Part shown: in pieces, positions 1 to 9,556 of the stretch
Numbering within the stretch: the first letter of the stretch is position 1
Layout of the letters: each line of letters begins with the position of its first letter
From: an uncultured delta proteobacterium
Lineage (GTDB): Bacteria; Myxococcota_A; Polyangia; Fen-1088
Assembly: GCA_963796685.1 (NCBI GenBank)
Contig: CAWCMR010000013.1
Location: 288,001-352,000, forward strand
Direction: 5' to 3'
Length of the DNA: 64,000 bases
Notes under the pieces: model-generated
Seen by the model: the letters and a program-made list of their open reading frames with translations, nothing else
Database searches by the model: none
What the model was told of the DNA's origin: nothing
Program-made: the position numbers and the translations under genes

Positions 1-123
1 CGAAGTGCTGCTAATCCCGCAACAAAAAGCGTGACGGCGCGGGCGGTCGTAGACGGCACGACCGCCGGCAGCCATCGCGGGGTTATCGAGGGCTCCGTCG
101 TTTTGGCGGACGGCGCTCGCGCG

Positions 124-2100
124 CTACTGCCGGTTCAGGATCTCGGTGGGGACGGAGCTTCCTGCTGCTGAAAGCTTGGTCGCAAGCGCGGAGCGAGCAC
201 CGGTCACCGTGAAGGATCCCGCGTTGTCATCGCCCGGGATCCAGGTCAGGAGCGCGTGCGCCGAGAGCTGTCCATCGAGGCTGGCCTTGGGTTCGGCGAT
301 CTCGACGACCTTCAACGAGCCGTCCGACAAGGCCGAGGCCTGGACGACGATGTCGATACCCGCGGCGACGATGTCCGCGCCAATGGTGGCGGCCGAGCCC
401 TGCGTGCTGCTCAGCAATTGCATGCGGTGAAGGGCATCGTTGGTCGATCGTGCGACGATGGCCAGGATAACCCCTTCCAGTCCCAAGTTGCACTCGCCCA
501 GGACCTCTCCAGCTAGAGCGCTGTGGTTCGCGTCCACGATCAGGTACTCGGGCTGCATTGCGACGGCGGCCGTCACCAAGTCCGTGGCCTGAGCCTCGGG
601 CTGAAGCCTAATCCACGAGGTTGCGCTCGCCGGTGGCACGATCGAGTCGGATAGCAAGGCGACCCTGGCCACCCGGTCCACGGACCAGAGGATGGCGCGC
701 AGGAGGCTGTCGCACGCCGCGCGGTCGCCGGACACCAGGATGTTCTGCCGGGTCGCGACGCATGCGTCGAGCACCTGGCGCATTTCGGGGGAAATGACGT
801 GCTCCTCGACCAGGTCATCAATGGTCTTTCCGCTGGCGACGGGGCGCCTGATGGCCACACACAAACGGTCGGCAACGGGCGGAAAGATGGCGGCGATACG
901 CATGCCGTCTGGCAGCGCAGTGTTGACGGCCGACGCATCGGCGGCCGGCTTGGGCGAGCCCTTGTTGGCCAGCTTGCGAATCACGGTCGCCAGCGTGGCC
1001 AGGTCCGAGGCAGGCACGGAAGCCGCCTCGCGCCGGCCGTTGCGCTGGATTTCGGCCTGGTTCGTTCCCGTGAAGAAGGCCGCTGTGACGCCTTCGCTTT
1101 CGAGCAGGTGGGTCAGCCACTCGGGAACGTCTCGGTCGAGGAGCCGCGAACCATGTTTGCCCGCTGGCTGAGCTGCCGCCTTGCCCTTGGGGCGTGCCGT
1201 GGCCTTGGCCACCTCCGGCGCCTTGTGCGTCGAATGGGGACTCTCGGTTCCGGCGGACGAGAAGACATCCTCGGGCTCGGGGGGCAAATCAGGCTGGTCG
1301 TCGCCACTTTCGGCGGGAGCCGCCGATGGGGCCGGCGGCGGACTGTTCTCCATATCCAGCGTCGCGCCACCGTGGGCCCGTGCAGGCTCCGGCGTTTCGC
1401 TCCTCGGACTGAAGGGGGAATCGTCGTCGGCATGGGAAGTCGGCGGTTGCACGGCGGGTTTGAGGGGTGGAACCGTGAAATGAGGATGGGGCGTGCCGAG
1501 CGCATCGTCATCGTCGTCCAAATTGATGTCCGAAGGCCCAGAAGGGGGCGGAAACGGATCGGAGACGGCCGGGATGACTCGGCTCTCGCGCTTGGGCAGC
1601 GCTGGCGGCGGTGGTGGTGGCGGAAGCGGAGCGTGGGCCGAATGGGGCGGCGCCGGAGGCTTGGGGGCCGACCCCGGTGCGTCGTCGAAGATGCTGCTAC
1701 CTCGGGCCGAGGGCGGCGGGGGAGGGGGACGGCGGGGGATCGCCGAGCCCAGCGAGCCGGCCTCGGGGGGACCTGGCGGCGACGCCGGCCGCATGGTCTC
1801 CATCGAGGACGTAAGCGAAGTGAGCCTGATGATGAAATCGCCGACGAAGATCTTGTCGCTCTGGACGACCGGCGTGGGCTCGGCGATCTTCCGCCCGTTG
1901 ACGTACGTGCCGTTCGTGCTGCGTAGATCCTCCACGAGGATCTCTCCGTCGCGAACCAACAACCGACAGTGGTGTTTGGACACATTGCCCTTTGGCAAGA
2001 CGATGTCATTGCCCCGAACTCGACCGACGGTCACTTCCTCTTTGTCGAAGCTGAGTTCGTTGGTGCTTCCACCTTTCTCGGTCAGCGACAGGTTCACCAT
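124..2100 (-). CDS. FHA domain + Pro-rich linker + degenerate CpaF/TadA-like (VirB11-family) ATPase domain
   Basis: FHA motifs VGR..GND, VSKHHC, DLRSTNGTYVNG. C-terminal CpaF-like fold (LPDGMRIAAIFPP..VAIRR, RQNILVSG) with the Walker A, Walker B and His-box motifs replaced. Confidence 0.8.
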   Translation of the reverse strand: MVNLSLTEKGGSTNELSFDKEEVTVGRVRGNDIVLPKGNVSKHHCRLLVRDGEILVEDLRSTNGTYVNGRKIAEPTPVVQSDKIFVGDFIIRLTSLTSSMETMRPASPPGPPEAGSLGSAIPRRPPPPPPSARGSSIFDDAPGSAPKPPAPPHSAHAPLPPPPPPPALPKRESRVIPAVSDPFPPPSGPSDINLDDDDDALGTPHPHFTVPPLKPAVQPPTSHADDDSPFSPRSETPEPARAHGGATLDMENSPPPAPSAAPAESGDDQPDLPPEPEDVFSSAGTESPHSTHKAPEVAKATARPKGKAAAQPAGKHGSRLLDRDVPEWLTHLLESEGVTAAFFTGTNQAEIQRNGRREAASVPASDLATLATVIRKLANKGSPKPAADASAVNTALPDGMRIAAIFPPVADRLCVAIRRPVASGKTIDDLVEEHVISPEMRQVLDACVATRQNILVSGDRAACDSLLRAILWSVDRVARVALLSDSIVPPASATSWIRLQPEAQATDLVTAAVAMQPEYLIVDANHSALAGEVLGECNLGLEGVILAIVARSTNDALHRMQLLSSTQGSAATIGADIVAAGIDIVVQASALSDGSLKVVEIAEPKASLDGQLSAHALLTWIPGDDNAGSFTVTGARSALATKLSAAGSSVPTEILNRQ

Positions 2101-2106
2101 GACCGA

Positions 2107-2135
2107 ACGCTAAGCAAAAACCGGCCCCTTGTCCA
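2107..2135 (-). promoter_or_regulatory. sigma70-type promoter, probably leaderless
   Basis: TGGACA-17nt-TAGCGT, 6 nt before ATG 2100; no SD. Confidence 0.5.
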
Positions 2136-2278
2136 CTTGCTCGTCGAGGAATTGTCGAGGTGCATGGCCTGGGGAGCGTGTCGGCCCGATTGCCCACTTT
2201 CCCTGGTACCCTGTTCGTGGTGCAATATCCTATGTCCGAGAGTGGACCGCTCGGACCAGAATGACGAGAAGGAGACCG

Positions 2279-2899
2279 ATGCCATATTTGCGAACCACCA
2301 TCCTCGGAGCCACCGCGTTTGCCACGACGTTCATGGCGCTCTCGATGTCCGCGCTCGCCGCCAATTCAAAGCCAAAGTATTACTTTAAGATTTCCAACAT
2401 ACAGTCGCATGACGCAAAGGTTATTCCGATGGCCAAGGAGCTCCTGGAAAAGGAGGTCGCATCGCGACCTGAGCTCACCATGGACCTCGGCGGCGCGCAG
2501 AGCGAGGACGCCCAGATTGCCGAGATCCGCAGACAAGGCATGCAGGGCTTTCAGGTGTCGCTGCGAATCGACAGCCTGAAGAAGGACATCAAGCCGCCAG
2601 CGCCCGGGAAGCGCGACCAGCAGATGACCGTCGAGGTGAAGGTGGGGATCTTCGGCCACACCCTCCCGGGCAACAAGCTGCTCTTCACGGGCGACGGCAA
2701 CGCCTCCTTGACGGGGGATTTCTCCGAACGACTCAAGGACAAGGAAGAAGAGCGTTTCACGCGAGCCGCGTTGGCGGGCGCCATCAAGCAAGCTGTCAGC
2801 ACTGCGGTCGTCAAGCTGACCACGACCACCTTGGAGGACAGGAGCGCCGGCAGGCGCAAGTCGGGCAAGGCCGGCAAGACGGGCAAGTCCAAACGGTAG
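2279..2899 (+). CDS. secreted hypothetical protein with Lys-rich C-terminal tail
   Basis: AAGGAG SD before ATG 2279; signal peptide ending ALA-A; GC3-biased codons. Confidence 0.7.
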   Translation: MPYLRTTILGATAFATTFMALSMSALAANSKPKYYFKISNIQSHDAKVIPMAKELLEKEVASRPELTMDLGGAQSEDAQIAEIRRQGMQGFQVSLRIDSLKKDIKPPAPGKRDQQMTVEVKVGIFGHTLPGNKLLFTGDGNASLTGDFSERLKDKEEERFTRAALAGAIKQAVSTAVVKLTTTTLEDRSAGRRKSGKAGKTGKSKR

Positions 2900-2911
2900 G
2901 AGAAGAGAGCA

Positions 2912-3652
2912 ATGCATAGAACGGTCGCCCGGGTTTCTTGGCTGTCGCTCATCGTGCTCATCGGCGGGCTGGGACTCGGGTGCAAAAAGAGCATCCCACC
3001 CGTACCTGTGCCAGCGGCCCAGGACAACCTGCCCAAGCTGGAAGTCAGCAAGGATCGCCCGCTCCTCTACACCTACGTCGAGCCCAAAGGGACCTTCGCC
3101 ACCACCGACAAGCCGGAGGACGTTCCCCCGAACGCGCGACGACTGGTGCGCGTGGTCGATCCCGCGAAGGCGACCGACAGGCGAGATGCGACTCGCGTGT
3201 ACGTCGTCGACCTTGGTGAGATGCTTGGCGCGGGCAAGGCGACGGCGCACGTAATGTCGCGCGAGGCCTTCGAAACAGGTGCGTTGGCGCAATTGCCGCC
3301 GGGCGAATCGAGCTTGCTATCGGAGCCCCACGGGCCGCCGTTGCCCGATGTGCCCATCGCGGGCGTAGATGGCGGCGTGGGCGGAGGGCCGCTTGGCCCC
3401 CCTGTCGTCATTCTGTACGGTACGCCGTGGTGCGGGGCCTGCAAGGCGGCCAAGCAGTACCTGGCGGCCAAGCACATTCCGTACGCTTACAAGGACATCG
3501 AGAATGATCCGGCGGCCGCGCGCGAGCTGCAGGTCAAAGCCGCCAGGATGGGGATTCCGACCGACCGGGTGCCCATCCTCGACGTGCGTGGGCGCCTCCT
3601 TCTGGGATTCGACCGCGCCCGCCTCGACGCCATGCTCGGCGACGCAACTTAG
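2912..3652 (+). CDS. glutaredoxin-domain lipoprotein
   Basis: Lipobox GLG-C; YGTPWCGAC active-site motif; VP cis-Pro and LLGFD motifs. Confidence 0.85.
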   Translation: MHRTVARVSWLSLIVLIGGLGLGCKKSIPPVPVPAAQDNLPKLEVSKDRPLLYTYVEPKGTFATTDKPEDVPPNARRLVRVVDPAKATDRRDATRVYVVDLGEMLGAGKATAHVMSREAFETGALAQLPPGESSLLSEPHGPPLPDVPIAGVDGGVGGGPLGPPVVILYGTPWCGACKAAKQYLAAKHIPYAYKDIENDPAAARELQVKAARMGIPTDRVPILDVRGRLLLGFDRARLDAMLGDAT

Positions 3653-4305
3653 GAATGGGAACCCTGAGCGGTTGAAACCGGCAGGGGCCCTCGGCACCTG
3701 CCAGCCGGCCCTGGCGTATCTTTGTCAGCCGTTCTGGCGCAGAGCAGCCCTGCCTCGAGCGAGAATCCTAGGCAGCGCGCGAAGAACGGGGCGCACAGCG
3801 GATCGCCACAGGCGCAGCTCATGCAGTGGCCCGTGCTCGAAATGGGCACGCACGCGCACTGCGTGGTGCCGAGCGCCGGGCTCGTCACCGTCAGAATTTG
3901 CAGATCCGAGGCACAGATCAGACCCTTGCAATCGGTCAGGGGCGAGCCTCCAGTTCCCGAGTCGACGACGCCACCACCGTCCATCCCACCCGCGCCGCCC
4001 GTGCCGCCTGTGCTGCTGGCGCCGCCGCTCCCGCGGCCGCCGGTTCCGCCTGTCTCGCCCACACCACCGATCCCGGTGGAGCCGCCTGCCCCCGAACCGC
4101 CGCCGCCGCGTCCTGCGTCACCTGCGCCCCCATCAGCGCCAGAACCGGCTGCGTCTTGTCCGCCTGTGCCAGTCGTGCCGCCGGTGGCGCCGGGGAAGCT
4201 CGAAACCATTCCGCCGTCTTTGGTTTGCGAGATGGAGCTCTTGGACGTGCAGGCCACCGTGGCCAGGAGCGCCGCAAGCAGCCCAAACCGGTTCATGCTT
4301 CTCAT
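3649..4305 (-). CDS. Gly-rich/Cys-rich lipoprotein
   Basis: Lipobox TVA-C; Gly/Thr linker; C-terminal Cys-rich domain. The exact C-terminus is uncertain. Confidence 0.65.
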   Translation of the reverse strand: MRSMNRFGLLAALLATVACTSKSSISQTKDGGMVSSFPGATGGTTGTGGQDAAGSGADGGAGDAGRGGGGSGAGGSTGIGGVGETGGTGGRGSGGASSTGGTGGAGGMDGGGVVDSGTGGSPLTDCKGLICASDLQILTVTSPALGTTQCACVPISSTGHCMSCACGDPLCAPFFARCLGFSLEAGLLCARTADKDTPGPAGRCRGPLPVSTAQGSHS

Positions 4306-4471
4306 GCTTCCGTAAGTGTGAAGGTTTCGACGATCGGCTCACCTCCAGCGATGAATTCCCGGTCGACTGCCCTTCGACGAGAGCGTCCCAGCCACCTATT
4401 TGCGTTTCGGATCAGGGCCGCGCTTCTTACTACTTGCGGGAGGCGCCACGACGTGGCTAGCTTCGCCTGCC

Positions 4472-5627
4472 ATGGAAATCGGTCCCCTCCGCGAACGTGC
4501 GAACAAGCTGTCTGGCCGCCTCGAGATCCTTCGGGGGCATCTTTGACATCGCCGGCAAGAAATCTCGCATAGGCGAGCTCGAGGTCGAGGCCAGCCAACC
4601 CGATTTCTGGCTCGCGAATGAAAAGGCCCAGGCCACGCTGCGCGAGCAGGCGAAGCTGAAGGCAGCCGTGGACGCTTTTGAAACGCAGCTCAAGGCGGTC
4701 GAGGACGCGCGCGTGCTCATCGATTTGGCGGACGAGGCCAAGGATGAGCCTACCGCGGTCGAGGTCAGCTCCATGCTGACGGGGGTCGAGGATGCCGTCA
4801 GCAAGATGGAGTTCGCGCGCATGCTGTCCGGTCCCTACGATCAGCAGGGCGCGCTGCTTTCCATCAACGCCGGTGCGGGTGGCACCGAATCGCAGGACTG
4901 GGCCGAGATGCTCCAGCGTATGTACATGCGCTGGTGCGTGCGCCGAGGCTACAAGTGCGAGATCCTCGACCTGCAGCCCGGCGACGAGGCCGGCATCAAG
5001 AGCGTCACCCTTGGCATCACCGGGGAATGGGCCTACGGCTACCTGCGCGCGGAGAACGGGGTGCACCGTTTGGTGCGCATTTCGCCCTTCGATTCGCAGG
5101 CGCGCCGCCACACGTCGTTCGCCAGCGTGTTCATCTATCCGGACATCGACGAGACCATCAAGCTCGACATCGACGAGAAGGACCTGCGCATCGACGTCAT
5201 GCGCTCGGGAGGCGCTGGCGGGCAGCACGTGAACAAGACCGAGTCTGCCGTGCGCATCACCCACATCCCCACCGGCATCGCCGTGCACTGCCAGCAAGAG
5301 CGCTCGCAGCACAAGAACCGCGCGGTCGCCATGCGAATCCTGCGTTCCAAGCTGCTTGAAGTGGAAGAGAAGAAGCAGGAAGAGAAGATGGGCGGCCTTC
5401 ACGCGCAGAAGAAATCCATCGAATGGGGAAATCAGATACGCTCCTATGTGCTTGCTCCCTATCGCCTGGTGTCGGACCATCGGACCGGGCTGAAGGTCGG
5501 CAAGGTCGACGATGTCTTGGACGGCGATCTGGATCAGTTCATGGTCGCCATGCTGCTTGTCCTGGCCGGCGATCCGTCAGCTACCCCACAATCCAGTCCC
5601 GACGATCTCGATGAAAAGGATCTGTGA
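4472..5627 (+). CDS. prfB: peptide chain release factor 2 (programmed +1 frameshift)
   Basis: MEIGPLRER...RGHL ends at CTT TGA C (4541-4547), preceded by the internal SD-like GGGGG. The +1 frame carries the SPF and GGQ motifs. Confidence 0.97.
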
Positions 5628-5632
5628 TTCCC

Positions 5633-5706
5633 TGTGGATAAGTTCGAGAAGGTTCTGTGTTTTCAACAGGTTGCCTGATGGCACTCTGTGGATGAATCGT
5701 GGAGAA
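5633..5706. promoter_or_regulatory. cluster of DnaA-box-like 9-mers
   Basis: TGTGGATAA 5633 (perfect reverse complement of TTATCCACA), TTTTCAACA 5660, TGTGGATGA 5687, CGTGGAGAA 5698. Confidence 0.5.
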
Positions 5707-5716
5707 AGACTAGCCC

Positions 5717-7261
5717 ATGTCCGATGAACGAGAGCTGATCGCCGATCGCGAGCGCAAAGTCAACGAGCTCCGACAAGCCGGCCAGAACCCCTACGCCAAC
5801 GGGTTTTCGCCCACCCACACCGCGCGCGACGTGCACGCCTGGTTCGCCGCGGGCAACGTGCCGGGCGCGAATCCCCTGACGGACGAGCCCAGAGCCGAGA
5901 GGTACTCCGTCGCCGGGCGCATCGTGGCCTTGCGCAGCTTTGGCAAGGCCGCCTTCGCCAAGGTGCGAGACCGCTCGGGCGAGATCCAGGTGTGGGTCAA
6001 GCAGGACGTGGTGGGGGAGAAGGCTTTCGGGCTGTGGCGGTCCATGGAGCGCGGCGACTTCATCGGCGCCACCGGCCCCGCGGTGATCACCAAGACCGGC
6101 GAGCACACCCTCTTGGCTGAACGACTTGCGATCCTGACCAAGGCTATTCGGCCTCTGCCCGAAAAATTCCACGGCCTGCAGGACATGGAGATCCGCTACC
6201 GCCAGCGCTACGTCGACCTGGTGGCCAACCCGGAGGTGCGCGAAGTCTTCCTGAAGCGCACCGCCATCATCAAGCTCTTGCGCCGGTTTCTCGACGCTCG
6301 GGATTTCGTCGAGGTCGAGACGCCCTCGATGCACACCATTCTCGGCGGCGCGGCGGCGCGGCCGTTCCGCACCCACCACAACGCGCTCGACATGGATCTG
6401 ACCATGCGCATCGCGCCCGAGCTCCACCTCAAGCGCTTGGTGGTGGGCGGCTTCGATCGTGTCTACGAAATAGGCCGCAACTTTCGCAACGAGGGGCTAT
6501 CGCGCCAGCACAACCCCGAGTTCACCATGCTGGAGTTCTACCAGGCCTACGCGACTTACGAAGACCTGATGGCGCTCACCCAGGAGCTGTTCGCCGAGCT
6601 GGCGCGCGAGATCTGCGGCAGCCCGGTCATCACCTACGGCGGGGTGCAGGTCGACCTCGGCGCCTTCGAGCGCATCCCCATGAAGGATGCCATCGTCATG
6701 GCGGTGGGGAAGGGGCTCCTGCCCGCGGGACTCGAACGCCCCATGCTCGACGACGAGGCAGCGCTTTTGAAGTGGATTGCCGAGTCGGGCACGCTCGAAC
6801 GCAAGGACGAGCTCGCGGCGGTTCTGCGCAAGTGCGAATCGCACGGCCACCGCGTGGGGGCGCTCTTCGACTACGGCGGCGAGCTGGCCCTGCCTCCCGA
6901 AAAGCCGGTCTTCGTGGTCGAGTATCCGGCCGAGACCTCGCCGCTGTCCCGACGCAACGACGCCGATCCCGGCCAGGTCGATCGCTTCGAGCTCTTCATC
7001 GTCGGCCGCGAGCACGCCAACGCCTTCTCCGAGCTCAACGACCCGGCGGACCAGCGCGCGCGCTTCCAGCGGCAGGTCGAAGCCAAGGCCAAGGGTGCCG
7101 AGGAAACCATGGACTACGACGAGGACTACTGCCGTGCCCTGGAGTACGGCCTTCCTCCCACGGCCGGTGAGGGCATCGGCGTCGACCGACTGGTCATGCT
7201 CCTCACCGATCAAGCCTCCATCCGGGACGTCATTCTATTTCCGCTCATGAGGCCTGAATGA
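5717..7261 (+). CDS. lysS: lysyl-tRNA synthetase, class II
   Basis: RYRQRYVDL, FRNEG..HNPEF, YGLPPTAGEGIGVDRL, IRDVILFP. Confidence 0.98.
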   Translation: MSDERELIADRERKVNELRQAGQNPYANGFSPTHTARDVHAWFAAGNVPGANPLTDEPRAERYSVAGRIVALRSFGKAAFAKVRDRSGEIQVWVKQDVVGEKAFGLWRSMERGDFIGATGPAVITKTGEHTLLAERLAILTKAIRPLPEKFHGLQDMEIRYRQRYVDLVANPEVREVFLKRTAIIKLLRRFLDARDFVEVETPSMHTILGGAAARPFRTHHNALDMDLTMRIAPELHLKRLVVGGFDRVYEIGRNFRNEGLSRQHNPEFTMLEFYQAYATYEDLMALTQELFAELAREICGSPVITYGGVQVDLGAFERIPMKDAIVMAVGKGLLPAGLERPMLDDEAALLKWIAESGTLERKDELAAVLRKCESHGHRVGALFDYGGELALPPEKPVFVVEYPAETSPLSRRNDADPGQVDRFELFIVGREHANAFSELNDPADQRARFQRQVEAKAKGAEETMDYDEDYCRALEYGLPPTAGEGIGVDRLVMLLTDQASIRDVILFPLMRPE

Positions 7262-7286
7262 GCATCCCCTGCCACAGGCGCATTCG

Positions 7287-8771
7287 ATGAACGGGCTCGG
7301 CTTCGAATGGTTCGTCGCCTGGCGCCACTTGCGCGATCCCGAGCGACGTTCGCGCCGAGCCATCGCGCTCAAAGTCGGCCTCGGCATCGTCGTGCTGGCA
7401 GTCGCGGATCTCATCTATCTCAAGGTCCACGGCACGCCCATGCACGATCCCAACGGGTTCTTCACTGCCCACCCCGATCCGCTCTATGAATGGCTGCACA
7501 TTGGCGGAGTGATTGGCTTGATCGTGGGGGGGATCGTCACCTTCCTGGGCATGTTGCTCGCCAGCTTCACCGTGTTCACCGCCATCTCGGTCTTCGGTGT
7601 ATTCCTCGGGACGTCGGCGCCCATCCTGGCCCTGTCGGTCATGTCGGGTTTCGAGGCCGACCTGAAAGGCAAGATCCGCGGCGCCAAGGCCGACGTGGTG
7701 GTGACCGTTCCCGACGATCGGCAGTTTCTAGACTGGCAAGTCGTACGCCGGAAGATCCTCTCCGTCCCCGGCGTGCGGGCCGCCACGCCCTTTCTCGAGG
7801 CCGAGGTCATGGTTCGCTCCGGGTCATCGCCAGCGGGCGTCGTCTTGCGCGGCATCGACCCGGCGTCGGCTGCCTCGGTCCTGGATCTGGCGCACACCAC
7901 GCGCGATTGCAACATCGACGATCTGGCCCATCCCGAGCGGGTGGAACGCGATCCGCTGACGCCCGACAATGAGAAGGACGCGCCGGCCATCATCCTCGGG
8001 GAAGAGCTGTACATGCGTACCCTGCGTGTGTTTCCCGGCAGCCTGGTCGACGTCGTGTGCCCCCTGTGCAAGATGGGGCCGTCGGGACCCATGCCCGGCC
8101 TCAAGAGCTTTCGCGTGGCAGGGCATTTCTACAGCGGCATGTACGAGTTCGACTCCAAGCTGGCCTACGTCGCGCTCAAGGAGGCACAGGCCTTCCTGCG
8201 CATGCCTGGCGAGGTGACCGGCATCGACGTGCGCGCGACCGACCCCGACGACGCGCCTCGGGTCGCCACGGCAATCCAGTCCGCGCTCGGGAGCGGCTTC
8301 GAGGCCGAGTCCTGGGAGGACTTGAACAAGGGGTTGTTCATGGCCCTGCGCCTGGAGAAGATTGCCATGTTCGTGGTGCTCACCTTCATCGCCCTGGTGG
8401 CGTCCTTCTCCATCATCTCGACCCTCATCATGATGGCGACCGAGAAGGCGCGCGAAGTGGCCATTCTCAAGGCCATGGGGGCCGAGGACGGCGCTGTCCA
8501 GCGGGTCTTCGTGGCCGAAGGGATTTACATCGGGTTCATCGGACTGTTCGTCGGCGTCGCCACCGGAATCGCGGGGTGTCTGCTCATCAAACGCTACGGC
8601 CTACCTCTGCCCACGGACGTGTATTACATCACGCAGTTGCCCGTCGTGATGCGTACCGGCGAGATCCTCACCGTGGCCGCCTCGGCCCTGGTGCTGTGCT
8701 TTCTCGCCACCGTCTATCCCGCCTGGCTGGGCGCACGCATGCGGCCGGTCGACGGGTTGCGATACGAGTAG
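7287..8771 (+). CDS. lolE: lipoprotein-releasing ABC transporter permease (LolC/E family)
   Basis: [40 protein letters not shown]; sits between lysS and lolD. Confidence 0.9.
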   Translation: MNGLGFEWFVAWRHLRDPERRSRRAIALKVGLGIVVLAVADLIYLKVHGTPMHDPNGFFTAHPDPLYEWLHIGGVIGLIVGGIVTFLGMLLASFTVFTAISVFGVFLGTSAPILALSVMSGFEADLKGKIRGAKADVVVTVPDDRQFLDWQVVRRKILSVPGVRAATPFLEAEVMVRSGSSPAGVVLRGIDPASAASVLDLAHTTRDCNIDDLAHPERVERDPLTPDNEKDAPAIILGEELYMRTLRVFPGSLVDVVCPLCKMGPSGPMPGLKSFRVAGHFYSGMYEFDSKLAYVALKEAQAFLRMPGEVTGIDVRATDPDDAPRVATAIQSALGSGFEAESWEDLNKGLFMALRLEKIAMFVVLTFIALVASFSIISTLIMMATEKAREVAILKAMGAEDGAVQRVFVAEGIYIGFIGLFVGVATGIAGCLLIKRYGLPLPTDVYYITQLPVVMRTGEILTVAASALVLCFLATVYPAWLGARMRPVDGLRYE

Positions 8772-8773
8772 AC

Positions 8774-9556
8774 ATGCCATTCCCTGCGTTGACAGCGGAG
8801 GAGCCCATCGGTACGGTGCCAATCGCAATGACTTCATCCGAATCGCCAGCGCCAACCGAACCAACCGCCAAGAGCGGCGGAGCGCGGGTGGTGGTGCGCG
8901 ATCTGTGGAAAGTCTTCAGCCATGGTGGCCGCCGCATCGAGGTTCTGCGGGGAATCGACCTCGACTTGCAGCCTGGCGCCCTGGTGTCCATCGTCGGGGC
9001 CTCGGGCGTGGGCAAGTCGACGCTGCTCCATCTGCTCGGCACCTTGGACGAGCCGAGCAAGGGCAGCATCGCCTTCGACGGCGTCGATGTCACCTCGCTG
9101 GCGCCGGGAAAGCTGGCCAACTTTCGCAATCAGTCCATCGGCTTCGTGTTCCAGTTTCATCATCTCTTGCCCGAGTTCACCGCGCTCGAGAACGTCATGA
9201 TGCCCGGTCTCATCGCCCGTCTCCCACGGGCGGAGTCCGCCCAGCGGGCCGAGGCCATGCTGGCGCGGGTGGGGCTGGCCGAGCGTCTGTCGCATCGGCC
9301 GGGCGAGCTCTCGGGCGGTGAGCAGCAACGGGTTGCTCTGGCGCGCGCGCTTCTGCTTTCGCCCCGCCTCTTGCTCGGTGACGAGCCGACCGGAAACCTC
9401 GACACCAAGACAGGGCAAGCGATGCACGACCTGTTCTTCGAGCTCAACCGCGAGCTGGGCATGACGCTGCTTTTGGTGACCCACAACAACGAGCTGGCCG
9501 GCCGAGCCTATCGCAAGCTGCGCATGATCGACGGCCAGGTGGTGGAGGAAAAGTGA
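8774..9556 (+). CDS. lolD: lipoprotein-releasing ABC transporter ATP-binding protein
   Basis: [40 protein letters not shown]. The start could instead be 8828. Confidence 0.92.
   Translation: MPFPALTAEEPIGTVPIAMTSSESPAPTEPTAKSGGARVVVRDLWKVFSHGGRRIEVLRGIDLDLQPGALVSIVGASGVGKSTLLHLLGTLDEPSKGSIAFDGVDVTSLAPGKLANFRNQSIGFVFQFHHLLPEFTALENVMMPGLIARLPRAESAQRAEAMLARVGLAERLSHRPGELSGGEQQRVALARALLLSPRLLLGDEPTGNLDTKTGQAMHDLFFELNRELGMTLLLVTHNNELAGRAYRKLRMIDGQVVEEK

Noticed and set aside
1-123. Possible 5' end of a minus-strand gene (GTG at 59, hydrophobic peptide)
   Set aside because: Too short and truncated to support.
3700-3745. Possible extra frameshift at the C-terminus of the 3649-4305 lipoprotein (LCAQNG-stop in another frame)
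   Set aside because: Plausible, but there is no homolog evidence to decide.
5628-5716. Replication origin (oriC)
   Set aside because: Only 89 bp, with no AT-rich unwinding element and no dnaA, dnaN or gidA nearby.
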